Origin: Nitrospinaceae bacterium
GTDB lineage: Bacteria > Nitrospinota > Nitrospinia > Nitrospinales > Nitrospinaceae
NCBI GenBank assembly: GCA_965237905.1
Contig: OZ250172.1
Coordinates: forward strand, 1,056,001 to 1,120,000
Direction: 5' to 3'
Length of the DNA: 64,000 nucleotides
Positions 1-9,312 of the stretch are shown in pieces (positions within the stretch are counted from its first letter, which is position 1; every line of letters begins with the position of its first letter). Made by a program: the position numbers and the translations under genes. The notes under the pieces are model-generated. The model was not told where the DNA came from. It was given only the letters and a program-made list of their open reading frames with translations, and made no database searches.

Positions 1-1
1 C

Positions 2-313
2 CAGCCCGAAGCGGAGACTTCCAACATTCTGGAAAAGGTGGAGGTGGAGGATTTTCCGAACCTGACCGACGCGCAAAAATCGGAAGTGATCGACGCCCTG
101 CTGGATCATGCTGTCCGCCCTGCCCTGGCCAACGATGGCGGCGGCATCACTCTACTGGGCGTGGAGGGAAATCTCGTGCGGGTTCACTATCAAGGCGCCT
201 GCGGCACCTGTCCGAGTTCCACCACGGGAACATTGGAGTTTATCGAAAATTTCCTCAGGGACACCCTCAGCAAAGACCTCAAAGTTGAAACGGTCGACGC
301 CTCGACTGTTTAA
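2..313 (+). CDS. NifU/NfuA C-terminal domain Fe-S scaffold protein (5' partial)
   Basis: VRPALANDGGGI and YQGACGTCPSS motifs; the frame is open from the window edge. Confidence 0.85.
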   Translation, partial: QPEAETSNILEKVEVEDFPNLTDAQKSEVIDALLDHAVRPALANDGGGITLLGVEGNLVRVHYQGACGTCPSSTTGTLEFIENFLRDTLSKDLKVETVDASTV

Positions 314-888
314 ATCCACTTGTTATGCACTTCCGGCGGCCGGAAGTTTTCAATAAACTCAATCGCCTGTTCCGGTGACTCCACCAGCGCGTACATCTTC
401 AGCGTTTCCTCTTTAGCGAATTTCAACTCCACCAGTTTTTCGAAATGGCGGATGATGCCGTCGTAAAAACCTTCCGTATTAATAAATACCAAGGGTTTCA
501 GAGTTTGCTTCAACTGGATCAGCGAAAAAATCTCCATCGCTTCTTCGAGAGTTCCCACCCCGCCCGGCAACACGATGAACGCATCGGACCGCTCATCCAT
601 GATGCCCTTGCGCTCCCGCATATCTTGGGTGACGATCAATTCATCGGCCTCGCCGTATTCGATCTCCGTTTTCCTGAAAAATTCCGGTAACACACCGGTG
701 ACTCTGCCCCCCTTGTCGTGCACGCCTCGGGCCACCGCACCCATCAAGCCAATCGACGCGCCGCCGTAGACCAGATCGATCCCAGCCTGGCCCATGCGCC
801 GGCCCAGATCGGTCGCGGCATCCAGATACGCCCCATTCACAGCGTTGCTGGAGGCGCAGAACACGCATATCGAATGAATATGTCTCAT
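310..888 (-). CDS. LOG family (TIGR00730) nucleotide 5'-monophosphate phosphoribohydrolase
   Basis: ICVFCASS, LVYGG..GLMG, MRERK and PGGVGTLEE motifs. Confidence 0.92.
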   Translation of the reverse strand: MRHIHSICVFCASSNAVNGAYLDAATDLGRRMGQAGIDLVYGGASIGLMGAVARGVHDKGGRVTGVLPEFFRKTEIEYGEADELIVTQDMRERKGIMDERSDAFIVLPGGVGTLEEAMEIFSLIQLKQTLKPLVFINTEGFYDGIIRHFEKLVELKFAKEETLKMYALVESPEQAIEFIENFRPPEVHNKWI

Positions 889-1062
889 TTCAATTCCTGC
901 ACAGTATCAAGCGTTTTAAAGACGGATCCCGGAGCCCACGATGGTTTCATCCTGTTCCCAAAAAAGAAAACCCGCCCGACATTGTAATGCATCCGGTTAC
1001 CCGACAAAAGCGGCCCTTTTAGCATAGTTAGTCCTTTTATTTTCAATAGTTTCCATGGGCAC

Positions 1063-1091
1063 TTGACAGATTCCCCTCGAGTTCCCATATT
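1063..1091 (+). promoter_or_regulatory. Sigma-70-type promoter for the small ORF
   Basis: TTGACA-N17-CATATT. Confidence 0.6.
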
Positions 1092-1165
1092 TAGAGGGCA
1101 AGGCCGGGTCCCCCAGGGAGCCACAGGCCTCAAAAACCAACGGTTCCATCACAGGAGGTGTTCAC

Positions 1166-1270
1166 ATGGAATGGGTGGAAATTGGAAGTTCTGGAGGATT
1201 TTTAATGGGAGCCCTGGCAGTTTTGGCGGCAGGGGGATTTATGTTTTTCCTCGGCAAAAATATGGAATGA
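1166..1270 (+). CDS. 34-aa single-pass membrane peptide (not in the ORF track)
   Basis: AGGAGG RBS 7 nt upstream; translates to MEWVEIGSSGGFLMGALAVLAAGGFMFFLGKNME; followed by a terminator. Confidence 0.7.
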   Translation: MEWVEIGSSGGFLMGALAVLAAGGFMFFLGKNME

Positions 1271-1302
1271 CGAGCGGTACCTTTCCTGCATCTGAATTTC
1301 AT

Positions 1303-1334
1303 AACGGGTCATCCATTGGGATGGCCCGTTTTTT
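1303..1334 (+). terminator. Rho-independent terminator
   Basis: AACGGGTCATCC-ATTG-GGATGGCCCGTT followed by a T run; lies between the small ORF and the convergent dgt. Confidence 0.75.
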
Positions 1335-1342
1335 ATTGAGCC

Positions 1343-2491
1343 TCAATCCTTCCCGTCGGGGCTGTAGAGTTTGCGATATTCGTCGATGGAGGAGCGGTCG
1401 GTCATGCCGGAAATGTAATCACAGATGCGCCGCGGCAGGGATCCCTGATGCTCGTTGGCCAGCACGCTCTCCGGCAGAAGTTGGGGGATGCGAGTATAAG
1501 CGTCGAACAGTTTCGTCAGGTACAGTTCGGCTTTGAACTCCATGTGCCGTACCCGGCGGTGATGGTACATGTTTTTATGCAAAAACTTTTTCAGCTCGTT
1601 GTTCTTTTCGGCAACCTCTTTACTGAACCCCGCCACACGCTTTTGACAGGATCGCACATCGCCCACCGAACGGATGCCATACTGCTCGATATTCTCCTGC
1701 GTGGTCTTACGAAAATCGGTAATGAGATCATTAATGATTCTCCGGACGATCTGATATTTCTTGAGATCAAAATCCAGGTTCGCGTATTGTTGCTCCAGCA
1801 GTTTTTCATTTTCCTGCCACAGGGCGACTTCCTGCAATTGCCCGATATCGAGCAGATTCGAGGTGATGCCGTCATCCAGATCGTGCGCGTTGTAGGCGAT
1901 GCCGTCTGCAAAATCCGCCACCTGCCCTTCCAGCGAAGGATAGCGGTGCCCGGTTTCATTTAAAAGAGGATTGTCGGTGTCTCTGGAATGTTTGCTGATG
2001 CCTTCCTGCACTTCCCAGGTCAGGTTCAATCCTTCAAACTCCGGGTAGCGTTTTTCAAGAACCTTGACGATACGCAAACTCTGCTTGTTGTGTTCGAACC
2101 CGTCATGGTCTTTCATCAATAGGTTCAATACATCTTGCCCGGTATGCCCGAACGGCGGATGCCCCAGATCGTGTGCCAGCGCGATGGCTTCCGCCAAGTC
2201 CTCGTTCAACTGCAGAGACTTGCAGATGGAGCGGGCGATCTGTGCCACCTCCAGCGAATGAGTCAGCCGCGTCCGGTAATAATCACCTTCGTGATACACG
2301 AACACCTGGGTCTTGTATTCCAGTTTGCGGAACGCGGAAGTGTGGATGACCCGGTCGCGGTCGCGCTGGAACCGGGTGCGGTAGGCATGCTCGTCTTCCG
2401 TATGCGCGCGACCCCAGCTCTCCCCGCTTTTGACGGCGAACGGAGCCAGGTATTCATTTTCCAGCTTTTCAATGTCCTGACCCTTGATCAA
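1343..2491 (-). CDS. dgt: Deoxyguanosinetriphosphate triphosphohydrolase
   Basis: FQRDRDRVIH, RTRLTHSLEV, AHDLGHPPFGH (HD) and CDYISGMTD motifs. Confidence 0.95.
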   Translation of the reverse strand: MIKGQDIEKLENEYLAPFAVKSGESWGRAHTEDEHAYRTRFQRDRDRVIHTSAFRKLEYKTQVFVYHEGDYYRTRLTHSLEVAQIARSICKSLQLNEDLAEAIALAHDLGHPPFGHTGQDVLNLLMKDHDGFEHNKQSLRIVKVLEKRYPEFEGLNLTWEVQEGISKHSRDTDNPLLNETGHRYPSLEGQVADFADGIAYNAHDLDDGITSNLLDIGQLQEVALWQENEKLLEQQYANLDFDLKKYQIVRRIINDLITDFRKTTQENIEQYGIRSVGDVRSCQKRVAGFSKEVAEKNNELKKFLHKNMYHHRRVRHMEFKAELYLTKLFDAYTRIPQLLPESVLANEHQGSLPRRICDYISGMTDRSSIDEYRKLYSPDGKD

Positions 2492-2526
2492 TTTTTTGCC
2501 TCATTTAAGAGATCTATAAACAAGAT

Positions 2527-2587
2527 TGTTACCCTGAGCCTGTCGAAGGGGGACAACGCATCATGCTTCGACAGGCTCAGCATGACA
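2527..2587. repeat. REP-like palindromic element
   Basis: CTGAGCCTGTCGAAG ... CTTCGACAGGCTCAG inverted repeat ending in CATGACA; related copy at 34287. Confidence 0.75.
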
Positions 2588-2753
2588 GCGAATCCTTTGT
2601 ATGGATTCTCCGGGCATTGTATCTGATTCGGGCTGATTTTCAATGTTCATCGCCGTGCGCTGGCAACTGATTCGGGGTTTTGTTATGGTGGACACCGCGC
2701 CTGCGGTCATTCGCAGTCTTACAATGGATCAAAACCACTCTATTAAGTAACCT

Positions 2754-3956
2754 ATGACCCTCGAATCGGACTTTCTGATAATCGGCGGCGGCATTATGGG
2801 GCTGAGCATCGCCCGCGAACTCCGCAAAAGTTTTCACGGGTCCAAGGTAATTCTGATCGAAAAAGAAGATCATTGTGGCGAGCATGCCAGTGGCCGCAAC
2901 AGCGGCGTTCTGCACGCCGGATTCTATTATACTGCCGATAGCCTCAAGGCCCGCTTTACCCGCGACGGCAACCGGGCGCTCACCGAATATTGCGAATCCC
3001 ATGGCCTCAAAATCAACAAGTGCGGCAAACTGGTGGTGGCTCAGAACGAAAGCGAGTTGCCCTGGCTGGAGGAATTGATACGCCGGGCGGAGAAAAACGG
3101 TGTCGACCTGAAGTCCATCGATCAAAAAGAAGCGGAGTCGATAGAGCCCCGCGTCAAAACCCACCAGCGCGCGCTGTTCTCCCCCAGCACCTCATCGGTG
3201 GACCCCGGAGAAGTCATGTCCCGTCTTCATGAAGATGCACTGGCCGAAGGTGTGGAAGTTCATTTGGGAGTGCGTTACCTGCAACGAACCGCGACCGGCA
3301 TTCAAACGACTGCAGGAGATTATAATGCACGGTACATGATTAACTGCGCCGGGTTATACGCCGACACCATCGGACGCGACTTCGGGTTTTCCAAACACTA
3401 CCGTATTCTGCCGTTCAAAGGCCTGTATCTTTATTCCAATGAGCCGGCGGGATCGCTCCGCACCCACATCTATCCGGTACCCGACCTGCGCAATCCTTTC
3501 CTGGGCGTTCACTTTACCGTCACCGCCCAGGGCGCGGTCAAAATAGGGCCGACGGCCACCCCAGCCTTCTGGCGGGAACAATATAAAGGAGGGGAAAACT
3601 TCAACTCCGCCGAGCTGATTGAAATTCTGTTCCGCCAGGCCGGCCTCTTTTTTTCCTCCAATTTCGATTTCAAGCGGCTGGCCTGGGAAGAAATCCAGAA
3701 ATACTCGCGGGGCCACCTGATATCCCTCGCTTCCAATCTGCTTCAGGGGGTCCGCAAGAGCCAGTACAAAAAGTGGGGCCCACCGGGAATCCGAGCTCAA
3801 TTATTGGACCTCAGGGGGAAAAAGCTTGAAATGGACTTCATTCTGGAAAACGATGATCAATCGATGCATCTATTGAACGCCGTCTCCCCCGCCTTCACCT
3901 GCGCCTTCCCTTTTGCCGAATATGTGTGCCAAAAAATAAAACGATTGATAGAATAA
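2754..3956 (+). CDS. lhgO: L-2-hydroxyglutarate oxidase-like FAD oxidoreductase
   Basis: IIGGGIMG, HASGRNSGVLHAG, IYPVPD..PFLGVHFT and GIRAQ motifs. Confidence 0.88.
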   Translation: MTLESDFLIIGGGIMGLSIARELRKSFHGSKVILIEKEDHCGEHASGRNSGVLHAGFYYTADSLKARFTRDGNRALTEYCESHGLKINKCGKLVVAQNESELPWLEELIRRAEKNGVDLKSIDQKEAESIEPRVKTHQRALFSPSTSSVDPGEVMSRLHEDALAEGVEVHLGVRYLQRTATGIQTTAGDYNARYMINCAGLYADTIGRDFGFSKHYRILPFKGLYLYSNEPAGSLRTHIYPVPDLRNPFLGVHFTVTAQGAVKIGPTATPAFWREQYKGGENFNSAELIEILFRQAGLFFSSNFDFKRLAWEEIQKYSRGHLISLASNLLQGVRKSQYKKWGPPGIRAQLLDLRGKKLEMDFILENDDQSMHLLNAVSPAFTCAFPFAEYVCQKIKRLIE

Positions 3957-4112
3957 AGGGATCCTTTCAAGGTCATGTCAAGGAACTGCCTTTTTGCCAA
4001 AATAACCCCGGGACTCCTTTATATCGCAATTCCTTTCGAGCCTGGTCCGTCCCACTTGGGCTAATATGTTATTTTTCTTGACGTTATTTCCCTCATCCAC
4101 TATTCTTTGAAT

Positions 4113-5252
4113 ATGCAGTGTGATAATTGCGGTTACATATTCTTCCAACCTTCCAGGAAGTGCGCCTGTTGCAGTGCCCCTTATGCGCCGACTCAGTCCG
4201 CCTTTGACGTGGGGCAGGAAAACCTGTTCACTATCTTCGAGATGGCACCCGGTGAAGGCGGAATTCCAAGCGGCATGGGAATGACCGGGGCTGGCGCTGG
4301 AGTTGAGGATTTCAACTTCACGGATGATTTTGATACGGGTGGAACCGAGTATGGCGTGGATGAAAACGTCCTCGACCTGAGCGATGCGGAAGCTGAAGGA
4401 TTTGGGCCAAGTACCGCCGCCGGGGTTATGAGCGTTGATGACTTTGAATTTGATACCACCATGGATGAAATGGCTCCCATGGAAAATGCCGGAGCCGACA
4501 ACTTTGATTTGAATCTTTCCGATGATCTCGCAGACGATGAAACGGTTGCTACGGAAATCCCAGAACTTGAAATAGAAACCGATGAGGCCGCGGGCGTGGA
4601 TTTTGCCGGTGGGTTCGATGAAGTGGAAGGCCTGGGCTTTGGATTTGACGAATCTCCTGCTGAAGAGACGTCGGATATGGCCACTGAAGAAATCAGTCTG
4701 GATGCCTCTCCAGAACCTGAAGCTGAGATTTCCCTGGAACCGGAATTGGATATGGACGATGAACAACCCACTTTGGAACTCTCTGAGGAACTGGGGTTGG
4801 AAATGGACGACGAACAACCCTCTTTGGAGCTTTCTGAAGAACCCTCCATGGAGCTCCCTGATGACCTTGACTTGGATACGGGAGAAATGGATACCTTTGA
4901 AGAGGAATCCTCCATAGAACTCCCCGACGATTTAGAACTTTCTGATGAACCTGAATTGATGGAAACCGAAGACTACGCCGAAATGGAAGATGACGGAGGA
5001 ATAGAATTTGACCTCGACGGCGTGGATTTAGACGAACCGGAAGAAGTCTCCTATGAGGTGCCCGAAGCGGAAACCGGCGATGAGGAAATCTCCTTTGAGA
5101 TACCCGAAGCAGAAACCGGCGATGAGGAAATCTCCTATGAGGTGCCCGAAGCGGCAACCGACGACGAGGAACCCTCCATGGATTTCGACGGGCTGGAATT
5201 GGAAATGGGATCCCCCGAGGAACCCGAAGAAGATGAAGATTTTACGAAGTAA
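4113..5252 (+). CDS. Hypothetical protein: N-terminal Zn-ribbon plus a long acidic low-complexity region
   Basis: CDNC...CACC at the N-terminus; the remainder is strongly D/E-rich with tandem repeats. Confidence 0.7.
   Translation: MQCDNCGYIFFQPSRKCACCSAPYAPTQSAFDVGQENLFTIFEMAPGEGGIPSGMGMTGAGAGVEDFNFTDDFDTGGTEYGVDENVLDLSDAEAEGFGPSTAAGVMSVDDFEFDTTMDEMAPMENAGADNFDLNLSDDLADDETVATEIPELEIETDEAAGVDFAGGFDEVEGLGFGFDESPAEETSDMATEEISLDASPEPEAEISLEPELDMDDEQPTLELSEELGLEMDDEQPSLELSEEPSMELPDDLDLDTGEMDTFEEESSIELPDDLELSDEPELMETEDYAEMEDDGGIEFDLDGVDLDEPEEVSYEVPEAETGDEEISFEIPEAETGDEEISYEVPEAATDDEEPSMDFDGLELEMGSPEEPEEDEDFTK
5046..5171 (+). repeat. 3 x 42-bp in-frame tandem repeat ((V/I)S(Y/F)E(V/I)PEAETGDEE)
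   Basis: Read directly from the sequence; a second 2 x 51-bp repeat lies near 4746-4846. Confidence 0.85.
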
Positions 5253-5557
5253 CTTCCCCTTTTTATTTTGCATTCCCTTTTGACCCACCCCCCCCTAAAC
5301 AAAAATTCCACCCCTCATCCAGGAAATTTGGTTTTCCCCCACTTTTGTGCTAAAAAGGCTATTTTTTTGCATTTAAGGGAAAATATTGGATTTTGAGCCG
5401 ATTTTAATTTATAAATTGGTTGGAGCAAACCCGTCTCTAACAGGAATTGGCAGTTCCAGGTAGTTCGGGAGCAAACGTCGAGAACACCATCCACCTTCGG
5501 GGACTGGCAAGCTTTCTGTCCCGGCGTTTCCCATTCACCTTTTCCCTGATATTCCCA

Positions 5558-6022
5558 ATGACACCAGCCCGTTTCGGACGTCGTTACATCGCGTTTTTGC
5601 TGGATATCTTTTTTTTGGAAATACTGGGGGTATTGGCCACGGTACCTCTGGTCAATCAAACAGACCAGGATCTGGCGAAGGTTCTGATTCGCTGGTTTGC
5701 CATGGGGGAAATCAGCCCGGAGGGGGCTTGGCTGGTGGCATTGTACTGCCTGGTGTTGGGTTTGCTGTGGAGTATGTATTTTGTCGGGTTTACCGCCGCC
5801 TGCGGACAAACTCCCGGAAAGAGAATCATGAGCTTGTACGTTGTTGATGAGAGCGGAGCGCCTGTGGATTGGGATGCCGCCTCGGTCCGATTTTTTATCG
5901 GTTATCCCGTTTCGCTCCTGCCCTTGGGCCTGGGTTGTTATTGGGCTCTGGTGGATAAGAATAATCAAGCGTGGCACGATAAAATTGCCGGGACTCTGGT
6001 GACAGGGCCCGCGACTTCATAA
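5558..6022 (+). CDS. RDD family membrane protein
   Basis: FGRRYIAFLLD, GQTPGK and WHDKIAGT motifs. Confidence 0.9.
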   Translation: MTPARFGRRYIAFLLDIFFLEILGVLATVPLVNQTDQDLAKVLIRWFAMGEISPEGAWLVALYCLVLGLLWSMYFVGFTAACGQTPGKRIMSLYVVDESGAPVDWDAASVRFFIGYPVSLLPLGLGCYWALVDKNNQAWHDKIAGTLVTGPATS

Positions 6023-6049
6023 ACCTTAATATTGCAGGAATCAGACCTA

Positions 6050-7195
6050 ATGAAAAAAACGTATCTGCTGGCTCCGGGACCGACCCCGGTCCCCGAAACC
6101 GTCAATCTGGAAATGGCCGCGCCGATGGTGCATCATCGCACCCCCCAATTCAGCAAGATCTTCGGCGAAGCGGCGGAAGACGCCAAGTACCTGTTCCAAA
6201 CCAAACAGGATGTTATCATTCTGGCATCCACCGGCACCGGGGGCATGGAGAGCTGTATCACCAACCTGTTCTCACCGGGCGATAAAGTCCTGGTCGTCAA
6301 CGGTGGAAAATTCGGGGAACGCTGGGGCAAGATCAGCGAATCGTACGGCCTCGAACCGGTCTGGATTAATGTCGAATGGGGACAGGCTGTGGACGCCAAC
6401 AAAGTTAAAGAGGTATTGGATAAAGACAAGGACATCCGTGCGATCCTGGTGCAGGCCAGTGAAACCTCCACCGCCGTAGCCCATCCGATCGAAGCTTTGT
6501 CAAAACTGACCCGCGACCGTGACGATATCCTACTGGTGGTTGACGGCATTACCGGTGTCGGTGTGTTTCCTCTGCCGATGGACGAGTGGGGGATCGATGC
6601 CATCGTCACCGGCTCCCAAAAAGCACTGCAACTGCCGCCGGGTATCGCCCTGGTGGCGTTGAGTGAAAAGGCCTGGAAATTTGCCGACCAGTCCAAGTGC
6701 CCGCATTTCTATTTTGATCTCAAGAAAGAACGCAAAAACCTGGCCGACCAAACCTCGGCCTACACACCAGCGGTTTCTCTGGTGATCGGCTTGCGCGCCG
6801 TATTAAAAAGTTTCAAGGAAGAGGGAATCGAGAACGTCCACAAACGTCACAACCGGCTGGCACGGGCCACCCGCGCGGCAACCAAAGCATTGGGACTGAA
6901 GATGGTCGCGCCCGATGCCCCGGCAGACAGCCTCACCGGCGTGTTTCTTCCCGACGGGATTGACGGCGGCAAATTCGTCAAAAGCCTGCGCGATGACTTC
7001 GGGGTAACTATGGCCGGCGGACAAGATCAATGGAAAGGTAAAGTCGTCCGCATCGCGCATCTCGGCTATGTGGATACGTTCGACACCATCATCGCTATTG
7101 CGGCCCTTGAGATGGCACTCAAAAAATTCGGGCATGCCGTGGCATTGGGCAAGGGCGTTGCGGCGGCGCAGGAAATTTTACTCGAAGCATACTGA
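6050..7195 (+). CDS. Class V PLP aminotransferase (alanine-glyoxylate/serine-pyruvate family), probable phosphoserine aminotransferase
   Basis: LLAPGPT, HHRT and GSQKAL (PLP lysine) motifs; lies next to serA. Confidence 0.9.
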   Translation: MKKTYLLAPGPTPVPETVNLEMAAPMVHHRTPQFSKIFGEAAEDAKYLFQTKQDVIILASTGTGGMESCITNLFSPGDKVLVVNGGKFGERWGKISESYGLEPVWINVEWGQAVDANKVKEVLDKDKDIRAILVQASETSTAVAHPIEALSKLTRDRDDILLVVDGITGVGVFPLPMDEWGIDAIVTGSQKALQLPPGIALVALSEKAWKFADQSKCPHFYFDLKKERKNLADQTSAYTPAVSLVIGLRAVLKSFKEEGIENVHKRHNRLARATRAATKALGLKMVAPDAPADSLTGVFLPDGIDGGKFVKSLRDDFGVTMAGGQDQWKGKVVRIAHLGYVDTFDTIIAIAALEMALKKFGHAVALGKGVAAAQEILLEAY

Positions 7196-7217
7196 AATAA
7201 TTAAGATTGAAAATTTA

Positions 7218-7547
7218 ATGTCCATTGAAGAAACTGAAGTTATTGATTTTATTTCAATCGATAAATCAGCAGGTGCTGTCCATCTAACCATTTCGGATCA
7301 TTTGGAATGGGAAGAAAAGGAAGGCGAACACCTTTTATTATTACAAGATAAAATCAATGCATATTTGAGGTTTATAGAGGGCGGCGAATTAGAGGAAACA
7401 TATCCTAAAGCAAAAGGAAAAAAAATTGTGATAAGTATTGTCGGCCAGTATCCTCTAAGTCAGGAAGCAAAAAAGTTCTATGATATGGCCGCAGGGATTA
7501 CCGAGGAAGCAGGAATTCAATTGGAATTTAAATTAGCTGAAGATTAA
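7218..7547 (+). CDS. DUF6572-like hypothetical protein
   Basis: VIDFI..., LTISDHLEW and HLLLLQDKINAYL motifs; AT-rich. Confidence 0.7.
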   Translation: MSIEETEVIDFISIDKSAGAVHLTISDHLEWEEKEGEHLLLLQDKINAYLRFIEGGELEETYPKAKGKKIVISIVGQYPLSQEAKKFYDMAAGITEEAGIQLEFKLAED

Positions 7548-7633
7548 AACCATGAGGTTTTCAGCCAATCAACAGACGAAAACCTTTCCAGGTACAAACA
7601 TAACTAATTTTAATTTTTTGGAGTTTTGAAATA

Positions 7634-9211
7634 ATGAAAATTCTGGTCAGTGACAATCTGTCCAAACTGGGTGTGGAAATATTACAAAAGGAAAGCGGTA
7701 TTGAGGTTGACGTCGATACCGGTTTGGCGAAGGAAGAGTTGATCAAGATCATCCCGCAATACGACGGACTGATCGTGAGAAGTGCTACAAAAGTCACCGC
7801 CGACGTGATTGCGGCTGCGACAAACCTCAAGGTGGTGGGACGCGCCGGAGTAGGTGTCGACAACATCGATCTCGATGCGGCAGGAAAAAAAGGCATCATC
7901 GTGATGAACGCGCCGGACGGCAATATGATCACCACCGCCGAACATGCCATGGCGCTGATGTTGAGCATGTCCCGCAACATTCCACAGGCCAACGCTTCGG
8001 TCAAAGATAAAAAATGGTCTCCCAAAAATTTCATGGGAGTCGAGTTGTACGGGAAAACAATGGGCATTGTCGGTCTGGGCCGCATTGGCTCCGTCGTTGC
8101 GGAGCGGACCAAGGGATTCGCCATGAAGGTGATCGCTTACGATCCGTTTGTGTCCAAGGAACAGGCGGAAAAAATCGGAGTGGAGATTGTGGAGTTGAAG
8201 GATTTGCTGCAACGCGCCGATTTCATCAGTCTGCACTCGCCGAAAGTGGGCGACAAACCGCTCTTGGGCAAAGAAGAACTGAATAGCGTCAAACCGGGGG
8301 TTCGCATCATCAACTGTGCCCGTGGTGAATTGATCGACGAAGCGGCCCTCATCCAAGCTATCAAAGACGGCAAGGTGGCCCAGGCGGCACTGGACGTGTA
8401 TTCGAAAGAGCCGGTCAATCCCGACAGTCCGTTATTGGATATTCCGGAAATCATCTGCACTCCACATCTGGGCGCATCGACAGGGGAAGCTCAGGATAAG
8501 GTGGCCATCGCCATCTGCGATCAGATGATCGATTTTCTGAAATACGGGAGCATCCGCAACGCGGTCAACATGCCTTCCATCGACGAAGAGACGCTCAAAC
8601 AGATCAAGCCGTATCTGGACTTGGGGTCGGATCTGGGTCAACTGGCTTCGCAATTGGTCGAAGGTCCCATTACTCAAGTCAAAGTTCAGTACAATGGTGA
8701 CGTAGCCGACCTGAACGTCCAACCCATCACGATTTGCGTTTTGAAGGGATTATTGACGCGATCGCTGGAAGGGGTCAACATGGTCAATGCGCCGTTCATC
8801 GCCAAGGAGCGGGGTATTGAGGTGCAGGAGTTGAAGAGCAATGAAATCAAGGACTACACCAGCACCGTCCAGGTTCAGGTGACCACCAAGCAGGGCGCTC
8901 GCGATATTACCGGCAGTATCTTTGGCAAAGGCGACCCGCGCATCGTGAGATTCGACGAATATAACTTCGAGGCGGTGATCTCCAAACACATGTTAATTTT
9001 GAGCAACAAGGATGTTCCGGGAGTAATCGGCAAACTCGGTAATGTGTTGGGCAAGAACAGCATCAACATCGCCGGGTTTCATCTGGGCCGCCTGGGAAAA
9101 ACGGGAAATGCGGTTTCAGTGGTCAATATCGATTCACCGCCGACCAGCGAGACCTTACGGGAATTGCGGGAAACACCCAATGTACTTGAGGTGTTTTCAG
9201 TCGTCCTCTAA
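7634..9211 (+). CDS. serA: D-3-phosphoglycerate dehydrogenase (long type with ASB and ACT domains)
   Basis: GRAGVGVDNID, GLGRIG, NCARG and TPHLGAST motifs; C-terminal ACT domain. Confidence 0.96.
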   Translation: MKILVSDNLSKLGVEILQKESGIEVDVDTGLAKEELIKIIPQYDGLIVRSATKVTADVIAAATNLKVVGRAGVGVDNIDLDAAGKKGIIVMNAPDGNMITTAEHAMALMLSMSRNIPQANASVKDKKWSPKNFMGVELYGKTMGIVGLGRIGSVVAERTKGFAMKVIAYDPFVSKEQAEKIGVEIVELKDLLQRADFISLHSPKVGDKPLLGKEELNSVKPGVRIINCARGELIDEAALIQAIKDGKVAQAALDVYSKEPVNPDSPLLDIPEIICTPHLGASTGEAQDKVAIAICDQMIDFLKYGSIRNAVNMPSIDEETLKQIKPYLDLGSDLGQLASQLVEGPITQVKVQYNGDVADLNVQPITICVLKGLLTRSLEGVNMVNAPFIAKERGIEVQELKSNEIKDYTSTVQVQVTTKQGARDITGSIFGKGDPRIVRFDEYNFEAVISKHMLILSNKDVPGVIGKLGNVLGKNSINIAGFHLGRLGKTGNAVSVVNIDSPPTSETLRELRETPNVLEVFSVVL

Positions 9212-9231
9212 ACAACCTGATAAAAAAAAAC

Positions 9232-9264
9232 AAAACCCGCTCTCTTTTTAGAGAGCGGGTTTTT
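9232..9264. terminator. Bidirectional terminator
   Basis: AAAACCCGCTCTC / GAGAGCGGGTTTT stem between convergent genes. Confidence 0.8.
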
Positions 9265-9312
9265 ATTTTCAAACGTCTTCGCCGGACAGCTCCGGCAACC
9301 ATCATTGAAGGC

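Noticed and set aside
1092..1334. 6S RNA
   Set aside because: No long closing stem pairing the two ends was seen; an RBS-led ORF explains the region better.
310..2491. LOG plus dGTPase as a nucleotide-depletion antiphage system
   Set aside because: Both look like ordinary housekeeping forms with host-like composition and no defence-island context.
4746..5171. CRISPR-like repeats
   Set aside because: These are in-frame coding tandem repeats without unique spacers, and no cas genes are present.
5400..5530. c-di-GMP-I riboswitch suggested by GCAAAC motifs upstream of RDD
   Set aside because: The GNRA-capped P2 and the following GCAAAG/P3 elements are not found.
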